A stretch of 32,000 nt of DNA from Synechococcus sp. A15-24 (GTDB taxonomy: Bacteria; Cyanobacteriota; Cyanobacteriia; PCC-6307; Cyanobiaceae): contig NZ_CP047960.1 in the NCBI RefSeq assembly GCF_014280195.1, forward strand, positions 990,001 through 1,022,000, in the 5' to 3' direction. The translations under genes were made by a program, and so were the position numbers. Under the pieces are notes generated by a model, which was given only the letters and a program-made list of their open reading frames with translations, searched no databases and was not told the DNA's origin. Shown here piece after piece: positions 26,925-32,000 of the stretch. How positions within the stretch are numbered: position 1 is the first letter of the stretch; each line of letters opens with the position of its first letter.

Positions 26925-27608
26925 TCAGACCAGAACAGCTTCCTTGCTGCTGCTGTTGCGAATGCCCTTGATGGCTTCGGCGTAGTCCGGCTGGTTGAAC
27001 ACACCGGAACCGGACACGATGGCGTTGGCGCCGGCTTCGATCACCTTCCAGGCATTGCCTGCTTTGACGCCACCATCTACTTCGATCCAGGGATCCAGGC
27101 CCCGCTCGTCGCACATGCGGCGCAGGTCGCGGATCTTCTGAACCTGGTTCTCGATGAAGCTCTGACCACCGAAGCCGGGGTTCACGCTCATGATCAGCAC
27201 CAGATCACAGAGCTCGAGGCAGTACTCCAGCGTGTCCAGGGGGGTGCTGGGGTTCAGCACAGCACCAGCCATCTTGCCGAGATCTTTGATCTGGGCAAGG
27301 TTGCGATGCAGATGAGGGCAAGCTTCCACCTGAACCGAGATGATGTCGGCGCCGGCCTTGGCGAAATCGGGAACGTATTTTTCCGGCTCAACGATCATCA
27401 GGTGAACGTCGAGGGGCTTCTGAGTCACGGGACGCAGGGCTTCAACGATCAGGGGTCCGATCGTGATGTTGGGGACAAAGCGTCCATCCATGACGTCCAC
27501 ATGGATCCAGTCCGCGCCGGCTTCATCCACAGCCTTCACTTCATCGCCGAGACGGGAGAAATCAGCCGACAGGATCGACGGAGAGATCACCAGGGGCTTG
27601 GTGCTCAT
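26925..27608 (-). CDS. rpe: Ribulose-phosphate 3-epimerase
   Basis: In-frame ATG at 27608. [44 protein letters not shown] and [11 protein letters not shown] are canonical Rpe motifs. Length is 227 aa. Confidence 0.96.
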   Translation of the reverse strand: MSTKPLVISPSILSADFSRLGDEVKAVDEAGADWIHVDVMDGRFVPNITIGPLIVEALRPVTQKPLDVHLMIVEPEKYVPDFAKAGADIISVQVEACPHLHRNLAQIKDLGKMAGAVLNPSTPLDTLEYCLELCDLVLIMSVNPGFGGQSFIENQVQKIRDLRRMCDERGLDPWIEVDGGVKAGNAWKVIEAGANAIVSGSGVFNQPDYAEAIKGIRNSSSKEAVLV

Positions 27609-27760
27609 GGAGAAGGAGCGCGGAATGCGCGGTGATTTTAGGGACCTCGGCAACCACTGATACAGTTAGCCGCGCTCAGGCGTCGAGATCCATTGCGGCA
27701 AGGGCAGATTGCTCACCCTGATGGAGTCGCCAGCCCCTTCACCCCACCATCCGGAGTCCC

Positions 27761-28765
27761 GTGGACCAGACCCTGATTCAGGAAATTCTCGAGGTCGTTG
27801 AGCAAGCCGCCATCGCCTCCGCCAAGCTCTCCGGCAAAGGCCTCAAGAACGAAGCCGACGCCGCTGCTGTGGAAGCCATGCGCAAGCGCATGGGTCAGAT
27901 CCAGATGCAGGGCCGCATCGTGATCGGTGAAGGCGAGCGTGACGAAGCCCCGATGCTCTACATCGGTGAGGAAGTGGGCAGTGGCAGCGGACCGGGCGTT
28001 GACTTCGCCGTCGACCCTTGCGAAGGCACCAACCTCTGCGCCTTCAATCAGCGCGGCTCCATGGCTGTTCTGGCCGCATCCGACCGCGGTGGCCTGTTCA
28101 ACGCCCCCGACTTCTACATGAAGAAGCTGGCCGCACCCCCGGCCGCCAAGGGCAAGGTGGACATCCGCAAGTCCGCCACCGAGAACATCAAGATCCTCAG
28201 CGAATGCCTCGGCCTTGCTGTTGATGAACTGACCATCGTTGTGATGGATCGTGCCCGTCACAAGGACCTGATCGCTGAGATCCGCGCCACCGGCGCCCGC
28301 ATCCAGCCGATTTCCGACGGTGACGTTCAGGCTGCGATCGCCTGCGGCTTCGCCGGCACCGGCACCCACTGCCTGATGGGCATCGGCGCTGCTCCCGAAG
28401 GTGTGATCTCCGCTGCTGCCATGCGCGCTCTCGGCGGCCACTTCCAGGGCCAGCTGGTGTACGACCCTGCCGTTGCACAGACCTCCGAGTGGGCTGACAT
28501 GACCAAGGAGGGCAACCTGGCCCGCCTCGCAGAAATGGGCATCACCGACCCCGATAAGGTTTATGAGGCCGAGGAGCTGGCCTGTGGTGAGCACGTTTGT
28601 TTCGCTGGCAGCGGTATTACCGATGGCCTGCTGTTCCACGGGGTTAAGTTCGAACGCGATTGCACACGAACCAGCAGCCTGGTGATCAGCAACCTGGACA
28701 ACACCTGCCGCTTCACCAACACCGTGCACATCAAGGACGGCGCCCAGAGCATCGCTCTGAGCTGA
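27761..28765 (+). CDS. glpX: Class II fructose-1,6-bisphosphatase / sedoheptulose-1,7-bisphosphatase (cyanobacterial dual F/SBPase, GlpX type)
   Basis: 334-aa ORF with a GTG start. [52 protein letters not shown] and VDPCEGTNL match GlpX-type FBPase as found in cyanobacteria. Confidence 0.95.
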   Translation: MDQTLIQEILEVVEQAAIASAKLSGKGLKNEADAAAVEAMRKRMGQIQMQGRIVIGEGERDEAPMLYIGEEVGSGSGPGVDFAVDPCEGTNLCAFNQRGSMAVLAASDRGGLFNAPDFYMKKLAAPPAAKGKVDIRKSATENIKILSECLGLAVDELTIVVMDRARHKDLIAEIRATGARIQPISDGDVQAAIACGFAGTGTHCLMGIGAAPEGVISAAAMRALGGHFQGQLVYDPAVAQTSEWADMTKEGNLARLAEMGITDPDKVYEAEELACGEHVCFAGSGITDGLLFHGVKFERDCTRTSSLVISNLDNTCRFTNTVHIKDGAQSIALS

Positions 28766-28783
28766 TCGTCACGTTTCGGTTGA

Positions 28784-28789
28784 AAGGAG
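28784..28789 (+). promoter_or_regulatory. Shine-Dalgarno-like ribosome binding site for hemA
   Basis: AAGGAG lies 7 nt upstream of the hemA ATG (28797). Most other genes in the window lack an obvious SD sequence. Confidence 0.5.
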
Positions 28790-28796
28790 AGTCTCC

Positions 28797-30095
28797 ATGC
28801 ACATTGCCGTCGTCGGCCTCAGTCATCGCACGGCACCGGTGGAGATCCGTGAACGGCTCAGCATTCCTGAGCAGACCATGGAGACCTCTCTTCAATCGCT
28901 TCGCGGTCATGAGCAGGTGCTGGAGGCTTCCATCCTCAGCACCTGCAATCGCCTTGAGATTTATACGCTTGTTCGTCATCCCGATCTGGGTGTTTCGGCC
29001 GTCAGCGAATTTTTAAGCGATCATTCTGGGCTTGCCACCGGGGAACTGACTCCGCATCTGTTCAACTATCACCACGAGGACGCGGTCGATCACCTGATGC
29101 GGGTGGCCGCTGGTCTCGACAGCCTTGTCCTGGGCGAAGGCCAGATCCTCTCCCAAGTGAAGAAGATGATGCGCTTGGGGCAGGAACACAAGTCCCTGGG
29201 TCCGATCCTCAATCGCCTGCTGACTCAGGCCGTCAGCACCGGTAAAAAGGTCCGAAGCGAAACCAACCTCGGCACCGGTGCGGTCTCGATCAGTTCGGCT
29301 GCTGTGGAGTTGGCGCAGCTGAAACTTGGCCAGTCCCGTGGCCTGGATCAGCTTGTCACGCTGGAGAGTGAGCAGATCGCCGTCGTTGGAGCCGGGCGCA
29401 TGAGTCGCCTGCTGCTGCAGCATCTGCAAGCGAAAGGAGCCTCCGGGGTGGTGTTGCTCAACCGCACTGTTCAACGGGCTGAGCTGCTGGCGGCAGACTT
29501 CCCCGACCTACCTGTGCAGTGTCGCCCCCTCTCAGACCTCGACCAGTGTCTGAGCACCTGTTCTCTGGTGTTCACCAGCACGGCTGCAGACGATCCAATC
29601 ATCGATGCAGCGAGGCTTGAACCCCTCAACCGACGCAGCAAACTGCGGCTGATCGACATCGGTGTGCCCCGCAACATTGCTGCCGATGCTGCCGCTGTGG
29701 ACGGCGTGGAATCCCACGATGTGGATGACCTTCAGGAGGTCGTGGTCCGCAACCAGGAGGCTCGTCAGGCCATGGCCCGCGAAGCCGAGCAGCTCCTGCA
29801 GCAGGAGGCTCAGCAGTTTCTGGAATGGTGGGACAGTCTCGAAGCCGTTCCCACCATCAACCGCCTGCGCTCGTCGATGGAGACCATCCGCGTTGAGGAA
29901 CTGCAGAAGGCTCTCAGCAGGATGGGACCAGACTTCTCAGCGCGCGAGCGCAAGGTGGTCGAAGCCCTCAGCAAGGGCATCATCAACAAGATCCTGCATA
30001 CACCGGTCACCTCGCTGCGGACACCTCAAGCCAGACAGGAGCGTCAGCAGGCCCTGCGCACGGTTGAGCGCCTGTTTTCACTGGGGGATGACTGA
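28797..30095 (+). CDS. hemA: Glutamyl-tRNA reductase
   Basis: 432-aa ORF. MHIAVVGLSHRTAPVEIRERLSI, STCNRLEIY (catalytic Cys), GEGQILSQVK and the NADPH-binding VVGAGRMS match HemA. Confidence 0.96.
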   Translation: MHIAVVGLSHRTAPVEIRERLSIPEQTMETSLQSLRGHEQVLEASILSTCNRLEIYTLVRHPDLGVSAVSEFLSDHSGLATGELTPHLFNYHHEDAVDHLMRVAAGLDSLVLGEGQILSQVKKMMRLGQEHKSLGPILNRLLTQAVSTGKKVRSETNLGTGAVSISSAAVELAQLKLGQSRGLDQLVTLESEQIAVVGAGRMSRLLLQHLQAKGASGVVLLNRTVQRAELLAADFPDLPVQCRPLSDLDQCLSTCSLVFTSTAADDPIIDAARLEPLNRRSKLRLIDIGVPRNIAADAAAVDGVESHDVDDLQEVVVRNQEARQAMAREAEQLLQQEAQQFLEWWDSLEAVPTINRLRSSMETIRVEELQKALSRMGPDFSARERKVVEALSKGIINKILHTPVTSLRTPQARQERQQALRTVERLFSLGDD

Positions 30096-30214
30096 GTTTC
30101 AGCCCCCAGTCCCGTCTTGATTCGCACCAATCTCGTCGGATCTGCAGGGGGGGACGTTCGAACCAGGTGAAACTCCGGTAAGTTCTTGCGGCAACGCCGA
30201 TCTGGGGTTACGGC

Positions 30215-31510
30215 ATGAAGCGGGTTCTGGCCATCATTCTCGGCGGCGGTGCCGGGACTCGTCTTTACCCGTTGACCAAGATGCGCGCCAAGCCGGCTGT
30301 CCCCTTGGCCGGTAAATATCGACTGATTGATATCCCCATCAGCAACTGCATCAATTCGAACATCAACAAGATGTACGTGATGACGCAGTTCAACAGTGCG
30401 TCTCTCAATCGTCACCTCAGCCAGACGTTCAACCTGAGCGCATCGTTCGGTCAGGGATTCGTTGAGGTGCTGGCTGCCCAGCAGACGCCTGACAGTCCAT
30501 CCTGGTTTGAAGGCACTGCCGATGCAGTACGGAAGTACCAGTGGCTGTTCCAGGAATGGGACGTAGATGAATACCTGATCTTGTCCGGTGACCAGCTGTA
30601 CCGGATGGATTACAGCCTGTTTGTTGAACATCACCGCAGCACTGGTGCTGACCTCACTGTTGCAGCCCTTCCAGTGGATCCCAACCAGGCCGAGGCGTTC
30701 GGCTTGATGCGCACGGATGATGACGGAAACATCAAGGAGTTCCGCGAAAAGCCCAAGGGTGATTCTCTGCTTGAGATGGCGGTCGACACCAGCCGATTTG
30801 GGCTCAGTGCGGATTCGGCCAAGGAGCGTCCCTACCTGGCGTCGATGGGGATTTATGTCTTCAGCAGAGACACCCTGTTTGACCTGCTTGATTCCAACCC
30901 TGGCTACAAGGACTTCGGCAAGGAAGTCATTCCTGAGGCCCTCAAGCGTGGTGACAAACTGAAGAGCTACGTCTTTGATGATTACTGGGAAGATATCGGA
31001 ACGATTGGTGCGTTCTACGAGGCTAATCTGGCGCTCACCCAACAACCATCACCCCCCTTTAGTTTCTACGACGAGAAGTTCCCGATCTACACCCGTCCCC
31101 GCTACCTACCCCCGAGCAAGCTCGTTGATGCTCAGATCACCAACTCGATCGTTGGTGAAGGCTCCATCCTGAAGTCCTGCAGCATTCATCACTGCGTCCT
31201 TGGTGTGCGCAGTCGCATCGAAACCGATGTGGTGCTGCAAGACACGTTGGTGATGGGTGCTGACTTTTTTGAATCCAGTGATGAGCGTGCCGTGCTTCGC
31301 GAGCGTGGTGGAATTCCGGTCGGGGTGGGTCAAGGCACGACGGTGAAGCGTGCCATTCTCGATAAAAATGCTCGCATCGGATCCAACGTCACCATCGTCA
31401 ACAAGGATCACGTCGAGGAAGCTGATCGTTCCGATCAGGGCTTCTACATCCGCAACGGCATTGTTGTTGTTGTTAAAAACGCCACCATCCAGGACGGAAC
31501 TGTGATCTGA
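30215..31510 (+). CDS. glgC: Glucose-1-phosphate adenylyltransferase
   Basis: 431-aa [57 protein letters not shown] and the C-terminal left-handed beta-helix region match GlgC. Confidence 0.96.
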   Translation: MKRVLAIILGGGAGTRLYPLTKMRAKPAVPLAGKYRLIDIPISNCINSNINKMYVMTQFNSASLNRHLSQTFNLSASFGQGFVEVLAAQQTPDSPSWFEGTADAVRKYQWLFQEWDVDEYLILSGDQLYRMDYSLFVEHHRSTGADLTVAALPVDPNQAEAFGLMRTDDDGNIKEFREKPKGDSLLEMAVDTSRFGLSADSAKERPYLASMGIYVFSRDTLFDLLDSNPGYKDFGKEVIPEALKRGDKLKSYVFDDYWEDIGTIGAFYEANLALTQQPSPPFSFYDEKFPIYTRPRYLPPSKLVDAQITNSIVGEGSILKSCSIHHCVLGVRSRIETDVVLQDTLVMGADFFESSDERAVLRERGGIPVGVGQGTTVKRAILDKNARIGSNVTIVNKDHVEEADRSDQGFYIRNGIVVVVKNATIQDGTVI

Positions 31511-31642
31511 CGGATTGCGTTTTCTGTCGCTATAGCGACAGCGAACGATTCCATCCCTCATTCCTGACAGAGCTGTCGGACTTACAGCCAGATCTGGTTT
31601 TGGTGCTCACACTGACGGCAGTCGTCAGTGGTCCCCAAGGCC

Positions 31643-32000
31643 ATGTCCCAGTCTCACTTCGGTCTGATCGGTCTCGGCGTGATGGGCGAGAACCTCGTCC
31701 TCAATGCCGAGCGCAACGGTTTCTCGAGCGTTGTTTACAACCGCACTTACGCCAAGACGGAAGAGTTCCTCAACGGCCGCGGACAGGGTCGGAATATCCA
31801 AGGTGCGACGGATCTTCAGGACTTCGTCGGCAAGCTGGAACGCCCTCGCCGGATCTTGATGATGGTCAAGGCAGGACCTGCTGTTGATGCTGTTGTTGAT
31901 CAGATCTCCCCATACCTCGAGGAAGGTGATCTGCTCATCGATGGTGGCAACTCGGATTACCACGACACCGAGCGCCGGGTGAAGCAGCTCGAGAGCAAGA
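31643..32000 (+). CDS. gnd: 6-phosphogluconate dehydrogenase (decarboxylating), N-terminal part (runs off the right edge)
   Basis: Hand translation from ATG 31643 gives MSQSHFGLIGLGVMGENLVLNAERNGFSSVVYNRTYAKTEEFL...RPRRILMMVKAGPAVDAVVDQISPYLEEGDLLIDGGNSDYHDTERR, with no stop to the window end. This is the canonical Gnd Rossmann N-terminus. The gene is missing from the ORF track because it is open-ended. The listed ORF 31600..31887 is in a different frame. Confidence 0.9.
   Translation, partial: MSQSHFGLIGLGVMGENLVLNAERNGFSSVVYNRTYAKTEEFLNGRGQGRNIQGATDLQDFVGKLERPRRILMMVKAGPAVDAVVDQISPYLEEGDLLIDGGNSDYHDTERRVKQLESK

Noticed and set aside
27609-27760. A sigma70-like promoter guess (TTAGGG-N17-TACAGT, around 27636-27664) in the rpe/glpX divergent spacer.
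   Set aside because: The -35 match is poor, and several equally weak alternatives exist on both strands. It cannot be supported without TSS data, so it is not listed as a feature.
4756-28341. HIP1 octamers (GCGATCGC) at 4756, 9203, 12950 and 28334.
   Set aside because: I found only four copies by eye in 32 kb, all inside coding regions. This is at most a few-fold above a rough composition-based expectation of about one. That is too weak to call a repeat feature without a genome-wide count.
30147-30170. A tRNA-like GTTCGAACC (T-loop-like) sequence after a G-run in the hemA-glgC spacer.
   Set aside because: The flanks do not form a T-stem. I can find no acceptor, D or anticodon arms in the 119-nt spacer. 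This is probably a chance match.
31600-31887. A 95-aa plus-strand ORF listed in the track at the right edge.
   Set aside because: It is in a different frame from the open-ended ORF starting at ATG 31643, whose translation is a textbook 6-phosphogluconate dehydrogenase N-terminus. The listed ORF is Arg/Pro-rich noise.
1-32000. A search for CRISPR arrays, IS elements or transposases, integrases, phage modules, toxin-antitoxin pairs, restriction-modification genes, or a compositional island.
   Set aside because: I saw no spaced direct repeats, terminal inverted repeats or recombinase-like ORFs. Composition looks uniform apart from two short lower-GC patches around the small ORFs at about 5000-5060 and 16145-16260. 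Gene content is housekeeping throughout.

Overview
This is a GC-rich (about 60% by eye) chromosomal stretch that reads like conserved core genome of a marine picocyanobacterium of the Synechococcus type. That assignment is an inference from gene content: pcyA, chlP, ccsA, dual F/SBPase, devBCA-like exporter and ferredoxin-sulfite reductase. I can support about 30 protein-coding genes.

Left to right they are: a pair of M16 peptidases (-), pcyA, a devBCA-type tripartite ABC exporter, a 51-codon very basic ORF absent from the ORF track, and a GT2 glycosyltransferase. Next come rpsB-tsf, a 390-aa protein of unknown function, recG, a VanX-like dipeptidase, sir (-), glyS, a small membrane ORF and chlP (-). 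These are followed by a VanY-like carboxypeptidase, a large U32-family protein, typA, a DUF309 protein, an lptA-like/lptB/lptFG cluster and ccsA. The window ends with rpe (-), glpX-type F/SBPase, hemA, glgC and the 5' part of gnd, which is open-ended and also absent from the track.

I found no rRNA, tRNA, CRISPR array, transposase, integrase or phage-like genes. Genes are tightly packed, with many 1-4 nt stop/start overlaps and several obligatory non-ATG starts. Many long ORFs in the track are antisense or out-of-frame shadows of the real genes, as expected in GC-rich DNA.

I do not see a convincing novel multi-gene system. The best leads are:
- the devBCA-like exporter with its trailing basic micro-protein and GT2 gene
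- an 838-aa U32 protein with two cysteine clusters, start-coupled to a VanY-like peptidase
- the uncharacterised 390-aa gene wedged between tsf and recG
- a densely structured glgC-gnd spacer
- two head-to-head gene pairs with only 16-18 bp between start codons

All functional calls rest on my recognition of motifs in the translated sequences. No database search was run.
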